This document shows positions 31,115 through 44,136 of a stretch of DNA of 64,000 bases, in pieces. The DNA lies in NCBI RefSeq assembly GCF_009914755.1, contig NC_060931.1; one strand, 5' to 3'. Under the pieces are notes generated by a model that did not search any database, was not told the DNA's origin, and was given only the letters and a program-made list of their open reading frames with translations. Origin of the DNA: the human T2T-CHM13v2.0 reference genome, Homo sapiens. Within the stretch, counting starts at the first letter, position 1; the number at the start of each line of letters is the position of its first letter. The position numbers and the translations under genes were made by a program.

Positions 31115-34100
31115 CTATGAAAAAGAAAATATCAATGAAATGTAAATTTTTAAAGCTATTTTGAAATTCTAGGTGAGTTTATTTATTAGGAGATCACCAC
31201 AGGTATTACAGTGTTATGATAATTGGTTATAACAAATATTAATTGGTTTGCATTGTCCAGCAAATCAATAAATTTTATAAATTTTAATCTTTTCTCATTA
31301 TTGCCTGAATGATAATTACTATGTTTTTTAAAAAATCAAACCTCAAAACAACTTTATTCTATGTAAAAGTGAGAGTTCCTCTACCTGTACTTAATTATAC
31401 TATATATTAATTTTTATATAGAGTCTATCAGAAATGGCAGACGTATAATAGATAACAAAATAGCTTAACTGTTTACCTATAATACATTTAAAAGAAAAAC
31501 ACTGTAAGAGTCAGAAAACATGGTTTCTAACTTTGGTAATCCCTAACAAGCTGGGAACTAGTGCTAAGCTATTGAACATCTAGAGTCTCAACCTTCTAAT
31601 CTACAATGTATGGGAATTAGATTATGATCTTAAAAGTTCTTAACACATATTAAAATTTCTAAGATCATCCTAAATGGATTGAATATAATAGTTTTAAGAA
31701 TTATTATTATGACATGACAAGGAGGCCACATTATAACTGTCAAAACATTATCAGTGACTAAAAAATGTAATCACTAAAAGTACATATTTTGATCTTTAGT
31801 GCTAGAAGTTTCCTGGTAAGGTAAACAAAGTGCTACTTTTTCAACTGCAACTCAGCCATAAAAATAGAATACGATAAGAAAGAAAAGATACTTAAAATTA
31901 AATAAATTTTCACTATTAACAGAATCAGATGTATTAATCTATATATACATAACATTCAACATTTACCTTATTGTTTGAAGATCCATATTACTTTTCATCT
32001 AGTAAGGAGCAGTAAGCATTGAATTGGTAACAAACGTGACCCCTGAGTATAAAACAGTAGCTAAATATCTATTATAAAAAGCATGAAATTTATCAGCCTG
32101 GCCCACTGAACTGCCATGCAGCTGCGTTCCTTGACTGTTGTTCTAGGATTACTCCCTGGGCTACCTTCAGACCGTGGTCATTTTGGCAGGATTGGAACAT
32201 TTCAAAGTACTCTAAGCTCACTGTTTAGTAATAAGCAGTACCAGTCGGCCCAGCATTGAATGGAGAATGGAATGTATCTAATATGTGCTCGCCAGGTTAT
32301 GAACTGGACCCCTACCAGTTAGCAAGCTGGTGTGGCGGGCATTTTGTTGCTCAGCTCTGCTTCCTAGTAGGGGTTCTAGGCCCAGGGAAACAGATTATAG
32401 GGAGATAACAAAAATGTGTATGAAGGCTTTTTTTTTTCTTTACCATTTTAGCTTCTTTAAAATTCTAAGAACATTTGTGAGGCTTATATACACACAGATC
32501 TAGCTATTAAATTGTGGCAACTTTGTAAATAATTATTTCACATTTTTGTATATTCAATTAACCATTAAACTGTGGATTATACATTCCTGCTGTTCAACAG
32601 ATTGATTGGCACAGCTATCAATTGTCATATCTGTTTTCAAGCAGAAAAAGAAAAAAAGATACTAAGAAGTTAGTGTATGGCAGAGAGGGCTAATTCTAAT
32701 CCTACTTCATACCACCTTATTAGTCATGTCTCAAACATTACATAAGCCTGCACATCTAATTGGCTTCATTTCCTATCTTAAATTCGCAGTAATTTTAACA
32801 GCAAGTAAGGAACTTTCTGCTTCATTTTATATCAATAAGAAATTTTTGATAAATGTCACTTTGGTAACAATCTTGAGAGGATTTTTTGCATGACCTTATG
32901 CAGAAATAAACTTGTGCCTTTTAGCTTTATTTCAAAAACATTTTGCTTTCCAACTGTATTTCTACTGACTAGAAAAACTTCATAAAGTTATGTAGGCTCT
33001 TTAAAAGATAACATCTGACTTCGTTGTTGCCTACAGCAGTGACTGAAAATAGCAAAAGCACACTGAACTTGCAAAACTACATCATGAAATTTGGAATTCT
33101 AATTCTTCAGGTTTCTGGTCATTTAATAGATATAAATATCTTAAGCAATCTGTGCTTTTATTAGCACACTGCGCTTGAATGGAAATGATAAAGTACTATT
33201 ACATGGTTAAGGGAGATGACCACAGAAATCACAGGAGATAATTTGAGAGGGATAATCAATTGGATGAATAAAATGATAACTACAATCTTATAAAGCTTTT
33301 TGTTCTTTTTACTGTCAGTTTTCAAGGCAAGCAAATTGTTTAGTGACTTTCATTTGATTACAAAATGTAAAGTTACTCAAATGTTAAAAGTAGTATAGGA
33401 ACATGAGCATAGGAATTCAACTCTCAGGTCCTTGAAAAACAAAGAAGGCCAATGTCTAACTCCTATTTTGGAAACAAATCCAATTCTCTAAGGGCAAGAC
33501 TATTAAATGACTTAAGATAATTTAGCAAGAAAATTTATAATGCCTTGTTCTAATCCTTATTATTCTAAAGAATATTCAATGAGATAAAACTCCAGTAGCA
33601 GCTATGTGAACAGATCCTTGAGGTTTATTTTTGCAGCATTTAAAAGGAAACAAATGAAAACTATATATATATTTAATTACTATCAAACACACCACATGGT
33701 TTCTGAAGGTGAATAAAGTTTCCTTCCTAATGGAGAAAAGAATTTCCAAAACACTGCTTCTATTAAATATTTGGAAACATGCCTTGCATAGGTCATAATT
33801 GGATAACTTTGTAGTTTCAAAGCTAACTTTATGTCCTAAATGATATACTTTTGGCTCCTCCCTGTCCGACTTGAATGCCGATATTCAAGCAATTCACTGA
33901 ATAACTTCCAAGGTTTACCTGTCTTAATGTAATTTCCAGATATGAGAAAGAAAGATGAGTTATCTATTTAAATGAACCAAAGCAAGCATTTTGAACACAA
34001 TAATTATTTTTTACCTGTTCTATGGTTGAAAGATGAAATTTTAATGCTGGCAATACATTAAAAAAAAGCAAAGAGGAAAAGACGTCTACTATACGTATGA

Positions 34101-34140
34101 CATACTAAAATCCAACATTTGTTACTTGGTCAACACATGA

Positions 34141-34432
<292 letters not shown>

Positions 34433-34735
34433 AACTCAGACATATTTTTAAAGTGTCTCAATCAAAAGAGAATGTTGTTTAAGTGAGTCATAGGTATTCA
34501 ATGACTGAGGTTTAAAAATCGTCTTGTCAATGTGTGGATCATTAAGCAATTAGGCCCGCTGCTTAACTGATATTTTGTGTAAAGTGAAAAAATGAAAAAA
34601 TAGCTTTATTACCATCTCCTTTTTGGCATAGCAATTTTTAGACAATCCACAGAGAATGAACTTGGCTAACACGTGCACTTTGTTCATCTTTCCTTTGAAA
34701 AAACACCCCTTTAACCATTTCTAAAAGATTACTAA

Positions 34736-35620
34736 AACACAGGAGTGCAGACAACTCTTTGACATACTGGTTTCAATTCCTTTGGATATATACCCAGAAG
34801 AGGAAATGCTGGATCATATGGTGATTCTACTTTTAGTTTTTGGGGGAATGTTCATACCATTTCCCAAAATAGCTGTACTAATTTACATTCCCACCAACAA
34901 TGTACACAATTTCCTCTTCTCCATATCCTTCCCAATGCTTGTTATCATTTGTATTTTTGATAACAGCCATTCAAACAGGTGTGAGGTGGTATTTCATTGT
35001 CTATACTCCCATGTTCATTTCAGCATTATTCACAAAAGCTAAGACATGGAAGCAACCTAAGTGTTCATCAACATATGAATGGATTTTTAAAAACATGGTA
35101 CATATATACACGATGGAATACTATACAGCCTTAAAAAAGAATGAAATTTTGTCACTTATGACAACATGGATGGAACTGGAGGACATTACACTAAGGGAAA
35201 TAAGCCAGGCACAGAAAGACAAATAAGGTATGATCTCACTTACATGTGGAATCTAAAAAAGTTGATCTCATAGAAACAGAGGGTAGAAAGGTTAATTATC
35301 AGGGGCTGGAGGACAGAGGGAGGGGCAAAAAAAAAGATGTTTATCCAAGGAATCAGTTTTAGTGATCTACTATACTGCACAGTGACCATGGTGACAGTAA
35401 ATAAAATTTATTGCATATTTCCGAATTGCTTAAAAATAGATTTTTAACATTCTCACCACAAAAAAATACGTGGGCGAGGTAATGGATATGTCAATTGGCT
35501 TGACTGAATTCTTCCATTATGTATACATAGATCAAAACACCACATTGTATCCTATAAATATATACAATTATTATTTGTCAACTAAAAACAAATAAAAAAT
35601 AATGAAAGGTAAAGAAAAAA
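34736..35620 (+). mobile_element. 5'-inverted, truncated L1MA-type element (34736-35000 inverted; 35001-35620 sense, ORF2 end + 3'UTR)
   Basis: Sense part encodes TPMFISALFTKAKTWKQPKC...MEYY (ORF2 C-terminus); left part is the reverse complement of the adjacent upstream ORF2 segment; TSD core tactaaaaca. Confidence 0.92.
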
Positions 35621-35966
35621 ATACTAAAACATGAGAAAAAGTGGGTGTAGTTAATACTACAAACAATTACAGAAAACACTGAAAACTACTTTATGATAAT
35701 ATATAAGTATACATATACACACTTATAAAAAATGCTTGGCCTACTCTGGGAATGACAAAACTGTCATAAGTTACATGCTTATTATTTAATCATAAATATT
35801 CTTACAAATGAGAAACTGAACTCTCTATTTCTCAGCTCACAACTTTCTTCATATTATTTTACTCACATACTATCATCCACACAACCATCAAGAATAGGTA
35901 TACCATGTCAAGCTAATTTTCCATGTTATTTTATGTTTAATCCTCCCTCTTTCGTTGTCTACTTAC

Positions 35967-36057
35967 TGATCATAACAGACACCGTGTTCACGTTGGGGTT
36001 GAAAGAGCAGCGTCCTTTTCCAGATTCACACTTGGAGTCAATCATGAAAACTTGGTC
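35967..36057 (-). CDS. SEMA3C: SEMA3C exon 6 (91 nt, DQVFMIDSKCESGKGRCSFNPNVNTVSVMI)
   Basis: Acceptor caataaag|GAC, donor TCA|gtaagt; conserved ESGKGRC motif; phase 0 to 1. Confidence 0.97.
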
Positions 36058-36559
36058 CTTTATTGTAGATAAAATTTAAAATGTGGCAATGATAACTTAT
36101 TTAGTGAAGACAATTGTTCATTAGTAAAACAAAGCATCATTAAAATTAATATGCTTTCTAGTTGGTTGCTTATTATGCCTTCCAATTTACTACATTAAGA
36201 TTTACTCAAACTATGAGAAGAATCGATCTGTAATTACAAGCTAACCTCAGCAGGGCTAGCCCTCTTTCTATTGCACTCCCCAGAGAGCTGATCCAAGAAG
36301 TCGTTCTCCTCAAATCAACATCAGCAAAAATCACTTGAAAACCAAGTATTATTATAAATCTCAACTAGATGCGTTGAACATCAGCCAAAAGAAGAAAACT
36401 GTCCACAGAGGAACAATCTATGTAAGGACTATACTATTTTCAAAATAATTAAGATTTTTTTAAAAATAGCATTTTATGTTACTGTTTAATTTTATCATAT
36501 AAAGCATTGTACAAGATTCAACAAAATAATTCATAATTCATATTTAAAATGTGTCATTT

Positions 36560-36830
36560 ACTCATGACTTTATTTAACAAAAATTCACTGAGCATCTGCC
36601 ATGTACCAGAAACTGACTAAACACTGGGGATATTGCAAACAAAATACACTAAAATCTTTGTCCTCAAGTAATTTATAACCTAGTAAGAAAGGTAATAAAT
36701 AATTAAAATATGGAAATATGGAATATGTTAGATAGTGCTTGCTACTGAGAAGGAAAGTTAAGCAGGAAAAGGGAAGAGAGAAGACTATAGATTGGGGGCA
36801 ATAGATTCAATGGTTTTAGCCTCACCAAGA
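36560..36830 (-). mobile_element. L2 3' fragment
   Basis: tttaacaaaaattcactgagcatctgccatgtaccag...ctggggata...tgtcctcaag. Confidence 0.65.
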
Positions 36831-37313
36831 AGAAATATCTTGTCAGTATAAATATGTACCTTTTTCTTACATAAAGTTAGTACAAGCCCCCTACCAAAAT
36901 TCAAAGTAAAAAAAAAATGACCATTTTAATAAGGTCAAATAAGATGATAAGGAATCTTAATTATCAAGCTAAGATTTTTGAAAGTTATCCTGAAAGAAAT
37001 ATGAAGTCAATAATATTTTTGAGTGTGGAAATGGAAAGATCAAAACCTTGCCCTAGAAAGTTGGACTTTATCTTGAGCTTTAAGGAGATTGGGAATGAAA
37101 TGTATAAAAACAGGCACTGCATTCAGGAAAATTGGTTAGTTTCCTATTACAAGAGTCCAGAGATTAGGAGGTAATAATCTGACATGGCATGTTTTCAGTG
37201 GTCAAGGTAAGAGCAGCAGAGATGTAAGAAAATTTATATAGTCGCAATCAACAGAGGTGGGCATCAGTTATAATTCAGTGGTTCTAATTTCATTGTACTT
37301 GTTGTCCTTTTCA

Positions 37314-37442
37314 CATTGCCTCCACATCCTGAAAGGATACATCTATTACATTCTCTGTACATGCCTCCAAACTACTGTTTTGTAAAAGGTAACCTAAAAA
37401 GGTAAATCCAAACAACTATATATTTGTGATAATCAATCACAA
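37314..37442 (+). repeat. Copy 1 of a ~130-bp dispersed direct repeat
   Basis: Aligns by eye to 38547-38680. Confidence 0.9.
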
Positions 37443-38127
37443 CCAATTTCTAATTGATCATACTCAGGAAAACAAAGATGATTCTAAAGTTTTGACTCCT
37501 TGAAAAAATAAAGCTAATACATAGTTGTTTGAGTTTCTATACTACTGCAGGACCTCCCTAAACATAATAGAGAATAATAGAGCCTAAAAAGAATCACAGT
37601 CCTCCAGCCTAAAAAGGTTCTTTCTGAGCATCCTAAGATCTTCATCAATGAAGTCACTCTACAGGTGATGAAAAAATATGACTTGTCCAGAAGACCACGT
37701 AGTTAAAGGCTGATAATAGCACAATTTGAATTCAGTCTCCTGACTCCTAGTGAATCCGATTTCCAAAAGATCTTCATTCATGTAACCACTAAACTAAATC
37801 AATAATCATAAACCAGAAGAAAAACAAACAACAAAAAAAATAGTAAGCCTTGTTGCGGTTCTAGAGCTGGAGACTGATTTGACCAAATAAGTGAGAGTTC
37901 GTCTTGCAGGAATTGGTAAGGTTGTTTAGGTACCATTTGCTCTCAACTGACCTACTCCTACATTGCACAGCACTCTAGATCTAGATCACCCCCACCAGGA
38001 GCAGATGTGGTCTACCTAATAACTATCTCAAGCACCCTGAAATAATTCCTAAAACTTGTCTCCTGAGAAATCTTCTCTGTTTCTCCCCAGTTCGTTAGGC
38101 TTTTCTCTTTTTGACTTTGATTGCATG

Positions 38128-38462
38128 TTTTTGTTGTTGTTGTTGTTTGTTTGTCTTTTAAAGACAGGGTCTAGCTCTGTCACCTGGGCTGAAGTGCAGT
38201 GGTGCGATCTCGGCTTACGGCAACCTCCACATCCCAGGTTCAAGCGATTCTCATGCCTCAGGCTCTGGAGTGGCTAGGACTACAGGGAAGCACCACCACG
38301 CCTGGCTATTTTTTGTATTTTTTTTTTTTTTTTTTTTTTTTAATAGAGACGGGGCTTTCGCCATGTTCCCCGGGCTGGTCTAAAACCCCTGGGCTCAAGT
38401 GATCTGCCCGCCTTGGCCTCCCAAAGTGCTGGGATTACAGACATGAGCCACTGTGCCTGGCC
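38128..38462 (-). mobile_element. AluJ with (TTG)n tail and an expanded T-run linker
   Basis: agacagggtct.., cctgggctcaagtgatc (J-type). Confidence 0.92.
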
Positions 38463-38546
38463 AGATTCCATTTTTAATTTCAATAAATTTTTTAATTTCA
38501 ATAAATTTTGACACAACATTCGATTCCTTGAATGTATGACTTTTTT

Positions 38547-38680
38547 CATTGCATCCACACCCTAAAGGAATACATCTATCTACATTCTCCATACTTGCCT
38601 CCAAACTACTAAACATTTTGTAGAAGGCAACCTAAAAAAGTAAATTCAATACATTACAGATTTGTGATCACCAACCACAA
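38547..38680 (+). repeat. Copy 2 of the ~130-bp dispersed direct repeat
   Basis: Shared blocks atacatctat, tacattctc, tgcctccaaactact, aacctaaaaa, atttgtgat. Confidence 0.9.
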
Positions 38681-38759
38681 GTGGATCCCCTACAATGTAC
38701 AGTGGCCTTTCAAAGATTCTCTTATCACAACTGGTTCTGTCATCAAAAATTTCAGGCCT

Positions 38760-40420
38760 TTGCCACTAAAGCCAAATCCTGATTTTTCTGATCCCCTAAC
38801 TTATTCTCAACTCACATTATTGCTACTTTGCAGAGAAAGCAAAGCCCTTAAATGATATATCTTCAACTCCTCACTACTAAACACACAAATATCATATTTA
38901 GTAATGTAATATTATATTGATATATCCACTAATACATGAGACTAGTTCTCTTACTTTGAGGCCAATTCTTTGGATTTCATTGCTTTGGATTTCATCTTAT
39001 CTCGTCTTTTTAGGCACCTTAGATTTCCATTATTCCTTGTGTTTCTTTGATACATACTTTCATCTTAATAATTGGAGGCTTTATGCCATTATTTAAACAA
39101 CCCCTTCAGCTCCCATATACCATTCTCCTTATAAACCACACTTCTCAGGGAATTACGTACATCCTCACCACCATTTTCTGACTTGTCATTTTATTTTCAA
39201 TCCACTTTAATTCAGCGTCTAACGTCAATTATTGCATTGAAACACTTATTGATAAGATCTTTAATGACAATTATGGTACAAAACTCAGTGCTTATTTTTT
39301 AGACCTCATTTTACTTGGATTCTCAATGGCGCTTGGAATAGTTGAAAACTTCTATGTTTTTACAATGACTTATTTTTATTTCCCAGAACCAACATAGTCT
39401 TTTTTTCCCCACCCCTCTTTCTCTGTTCCTTTTTTTTTTCTTTTTTCTTTTTTTTTTTATTTAAGACAGAGTCTCGCTCTGTCGCCCAGGCTGGAGTTCA
39501 GTGGCCACGATCTCAGCTCACTGGCGAGCTCCGCCTCCCGGGTTCACGCCATTCTCCTGCCAGCCTCCCAAGTAGCTGGGACTACAGGTACCTGCCACCA
39601 CGCCCAGCTAATTTTTTGTATTTTTAGTAGAGATGGGATTTCACCATGTTAGCCAGGATGGTCTTGATCTCCTGACGTCATGATCTGCCCGCCTCGGCCT
39701 CCCTAAGTGCTGTGATTACAGGCGTGAGCCACCGCGCCCAGCCCTGCCTGTTCTTTTTAGGCTTGTTTGTAAGTTCATGTTCCTCTAATTGGCCATTAAA
39801 GTTAGGAGACCCTCAAGTCTCAACCACCGTCATTCTTTTCTTTTTACTCTAACTCCCTCTCTGCATAATTAAATCCACACTTTTCTTGGGCTCCAGTTAC
39901 TCTTATAAAACAATGACTCACACGTGTATATACTCAGTCTTATATTTAACGGCCTACTTGATATCACTAATTGGATCTTTCCATGGGATCTCTCATTCAA
40001 CAGACCAAACTCAGGCTTATAATCTTTACCCTATACATGGTCTCTTCATTCTCATCTCAGTTCATGGCAACTACACAATTAAAGAGGCTGAAAATAACAA
40101 ACAAGAAAAGTGTCAGCATTTATATCATTTCCTTTTCCTTATCCAAATCCATCAACATCATCTATACTATTTTATACTTCATACCATTTTATACTCTCTG
40201 TCACCATTGCTATCACCTGAGTACAACGATCTCTTTTGTGGTCTTCTATGTCAACTCTCAAACTAATCTCCTACAACTTTTCCACCCCCCACGCACCGTG
40301 CCACAAATCATCTGTTACCTAACACATAAGTGACAACACAATTCTGTTCCTGCCATTTTCTGCTGAAGATTGTTCCAATTTACTTCTCTGTTGACATATA
40401 AGTAGCCTTTAAAGCTTTTA
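38760..40420 (+). mobile_element. Long L2 remnant interrupted by an AluY; boundaries approximate
   Basis: Pyrimidine-rich L2 ORF2/3' motifs (cctcattttacttgg..tctca; catctcagttcatggcaac; atccaaatccatca). Confidence 0.65.
39430..39743 (-). mobile_element. Full-length AluY
   Basis: gagctccgcctcccgggttcacgccatt; gttagccaggatggtc; TSD ctgttc(c)ttttt. Confidence 0.96.
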
Positions 40421-43412
40421 AGGTCTTTAAAGCTTTAAAGTAGCTTCAACATGATTTTGATTCTGCTTTTATTCTCATTAAATGAATATTTCTGGATTGA
40501 ACAATGAGAGAAAATAATAGAGAGTAGGTGGTGAAAAATTAAAAAGTAGGCATAGCAAAGTGTCCTATGGTCACAGACGTCAATAAAGGCAATGAAAAAT
40601 ACAGAGCATGAATGGTGGAATTTAATGTCACAGATCGTTCTAGGAGAAGGGATACAAAATGAGGGAGTCAATTTGGTCACTGAGGAATCTGCCATTAATT
40701 AAACAGTTTTAGTTAATGTGTAGGAGTGAAATATTAGAAAGGATGAATAAAGGCATAGAGATTAGGAGCACAAAAGCTGGAAATTCAGCCTCCTACTCTG
40801 AGAAGCTTAGTAATGAAGTAAAAGAGAAAGGAGAAAATTAGAAAAAAGAAGTCACAGAACCAAAAAAAGGATTTTAAGGGAAAGAAACCCAATCCTTTCT
40901 TTAAATGGGCAAAAAAAAAAAAAAAAAAAGTAAATGTAGAGGAAAGGGAATGAAGATATAAAACAGAGTGATGAAGGTTATTTATCAAAGAACTTAATAC
41001 AGAAAATGTATAATTTTTCTTCTGAAACAGAAAAAATCCTACAAAAAGATACTGAAACAGACTAGATTGGTGGCAAATTTCATTCAAAAAGCATAGGGGA
41101 TAATTTTGATACCTATGACACTCTTGGTCACCTGTGATATTCTTGGTCAGTCTAAGGTAAAGTTATCTGCTTGATAAGGGTCAGGGTCAGGGGAGCTTAA
41201 TTGGTATCTGGGTGTTGAAACAGATGTTATGAAAACATCTGATGAAATCAAAGATAAGATGTGGTAATATTCCAAGAATTTGTTGCAAAATTAACCAATC
41301 ACCATTTTTGTTGATGTTTTATTCATTCATTTAAAGTCATGATTCACTTGTATTGCTTTATCTTTTTCCAGGAACAGAAGACAAGGAGTAAAGATAGTAG
41401 ACACAGGAGAAGAACCGTGGTTAGGTCTTCATGTAGCAAGGATTCCAGGCTCTTTAGGTGAGTGAGTACTGTTGAAATCTCAGAAAGCTCTGAATCAGTC
41501 TCGCAAATAATAGAAGAGAAATGGGGTATAACAAAAGCATGTGATGCTCCAAACACGAAGTAGGCTCATCAAATATTCCCCTAGAACCAATGAATATCTA
41601 TGAACACAGACCAATGAAGGATGGTAGGTAATGTCCCAGATATAAAACTGAATAATTAAAGTAACTCTGCCAACCTAACTTGGTTCACCTTCTATTCAAA
41701 ATTAGGTTTGAATAGATGAAAAATGTCATCTCTTAATAATAATACAAGAGGGTCAGCAGTAAGTATCACCCATGGTCATTACAAAATACAATCTTAGTGA
41801 TAGAGAAGAATTCTCTCAAAATAAAACTTTCTGCATCACGTGGTCATTTTATGCTAGGAGATCTTTTATCCTAAACTAAAAGAAAACAAATCCATTGTAA
41901 GATTGATTAAACTGTGTAGTTCTATATTTACAATATGGCTTTTATACTACAAATATATAAAAGTGATGTTATGGTGAAACTCTCCGACTAGAGTGAACTA
42001 TCAAGGACTACATTTTATAAAGCTTAAAAATCATAACCCTGTTCATACCTAAATTGGCTCTTAAGATGTTCACGTATTATTTCAGAGATTCATTAATGAA
42101 ACTGCTTCTCCTTTGAAACGTATCTTTTGAAGTGAGACTAAAGTAGTTCATATTTAGCAAAGTGATTAAAATGTATTCCATGCTGGTTTTCCAAAGGAGA
42201 TTATTTTTTTGGACAGAATTTCCAATTAAGCTTTGAAGTGCATAGTGGGCAATTCGTACATGGGAAAATAATTTTATTTGAAATCTGTGCTCTGAAAATG
42301 GCTATGCTATTGTTGGCCTGTACAGTGACTGCACAGACTTCAGGGAAGTGTCTGACAGATTGCAGACGTCTAAGGCAGTAGTTTACTTAATCAATTGATC
42401 ACAGGCATGTGGTTTTAATGACAAGCTCAATGCAGCCAACTGTATTCTTCCAAAAAGCATAACTTTACTTTTCCTGTAAGAATTGTAATATTTCATAGCA
42501 TCTTGAACCACATTAAAAAATGTCTCATTTTGGGGTCAAATTATAATTAGTTATTTTTAAATGACTTTTTATTCATTAAAAGATACTTATGTATAAATTA
42601 CATGTCTGAAAAACAACTTAAAAAAACATTGTTCAGTCATATTAGAACTAAAATAGATTAATCCTTGTTAAAGGAAAATAAGCTTTAGATCAGTAGACAT
42701 ATTTATTTTTTTCAAAATTCTAATCTCTAAAATCAAATTAAAATATTATTTAAAAACTGGACTTTCTATATTTAAGTTGCATAATAAAACCAAACCAAGT
42801 TTGAAAATTCAGTTTTTAAAATAATTATGTTAAGTAAAACAACATGTTTGACTAAAAGAATGAGTAGTAACTCTCTTGGTGTAATGTACTTTCCTTAGTC
42901 AACAGCTGTGGACTGGGATAACAAAGACAGGCTTAAGTAGCACAGGTGAAGTTCAACCAGCCTCATATTTGACTATACATTAGCTATATATTTGACTAGT
43001 GTTTAGCAAACATCATACCATAATGCCGCATATCACCTTAACTAATTTAAGAATAAGGCTGGAATAGCCTAATGTAGGATGATGTTGGTCTAAGATAAAA
43101 GTATGATTTGTTAATTACATCAAGTTCTTTTCAGCAGACACTTGGCATCCCACTTTATACATCTTTTACAGATATATATTTATAAAATTTTATTGAATTT
43201 GAAAGACAAGAAATTACACTAGATTTGAGAAGGTTAAGTTTATGCTACAATATTTCTATAATTTGGAGCAAATATTATTACTGTATTACATTCAAGTAAT
43301 CTTGAAATTATAACATTTTTCTTTCATCTTTTACAGCTTTACAAATAAAATAGATATACTAAAAATATATACATATACACTAAAACTATATAGTTGCCTC
43401 CAACTAAAAGTA

Positions 43413-43437
43413 TACACACACACACACACACACACAT
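43413..43437. repeat. (CA)n microsatellite, about 12 units
   Basis: tacacacacacacacacacacacat. Confidence 0.95.
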
Positions 43438-43654
43438 ATAATACACATAAAAATATATATACTTTTTTAGCTGAAGGCAAAAGGTGATACTTCAAGTAAC
43501 TTGGCAGACAGGAAAAAATGTAATATAGTTTGTATTTAAAGGGCATGAAAATATTTTATGAATATTGATATGTCCAAGTTTTTACTCTAAAATACAGTTT
43601 CAAAAATCCTTGACACTAATATCAAAACTAAGAATGTTAAATAGTTATACTTAC

Positions 43655-43774
43655 CTCTGATCTCCTCCCTCTGTTCAAGTAAGTACAGACAGGACTGAAA
43701 GCGCCACTCCCACAGACATACAAATGTGTGCGATTGAAAGTCTGAATTACACGGACAAAGTTCCCACAGCCGTG
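43655..43774 (-). CDS. SEMA3C: SEMA3C exon 5 (120 nt, HGCGNFVRVIQ...NRGRRSE)
   Basis: Acceptor cttttag|CAC, donor GAG|gtaagt; Sema-domain C-x-N and HLYVCG motifs; phase 0-0. Confidence 0.98.
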
Positions 43775-43902
43775 CTAAAAGAATCAGTAAATAAGCAGTT
43801 AGTAACTCAATGACTTTCATTGTTATTTCAGTTAGCTATGTTAACCTGAGATCTTGTATGATAAGTAACAATGAGGTGACATAAACTTTTGATGTATTAG
43901 TC

Positions 43903-44136
43903 CAGGGGCGTCCAATCTTTTGGCTTCCCTAGGCCACACTGGAAGAAGAATTGTCTTGGGCCACACATAAAATACGCTAACACTAACAATAGCTGATGAG
44001 CTAAAAAAATAAAAATAAAAATAAAAATCCCCCCAAAAATCTCATGTTTTTAAAAAGTTTACGAATTTGTGCTGGGCCACATTCAAAGCTGTCCTGGGTT
44101 GCATGAGGCCCTTGGGCCACAGGTTGGACAAGTTTG
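43903..44136 (+). mobile_element. MER30 hAT-Charlie MITE
   Basis: caggggcgtccaatc...ggttggacaagtttg; 8-bp TSD tattagtc / tattaggc. Confidence 0.92.

Noticed and set aside
34782-35226. ORFs of 86 and 108 aa with protein-like sequence
   Set aside because: Decayed L1 ORF2 C-terminus and its antisense reading; part of the inverted L1, not a gene
43587-43820. 77-aa ORF overlapping exon 5 in another frame
   Set aside because: Off-frame reading of exon 5 plus intron; short, with no evidence of dual coding
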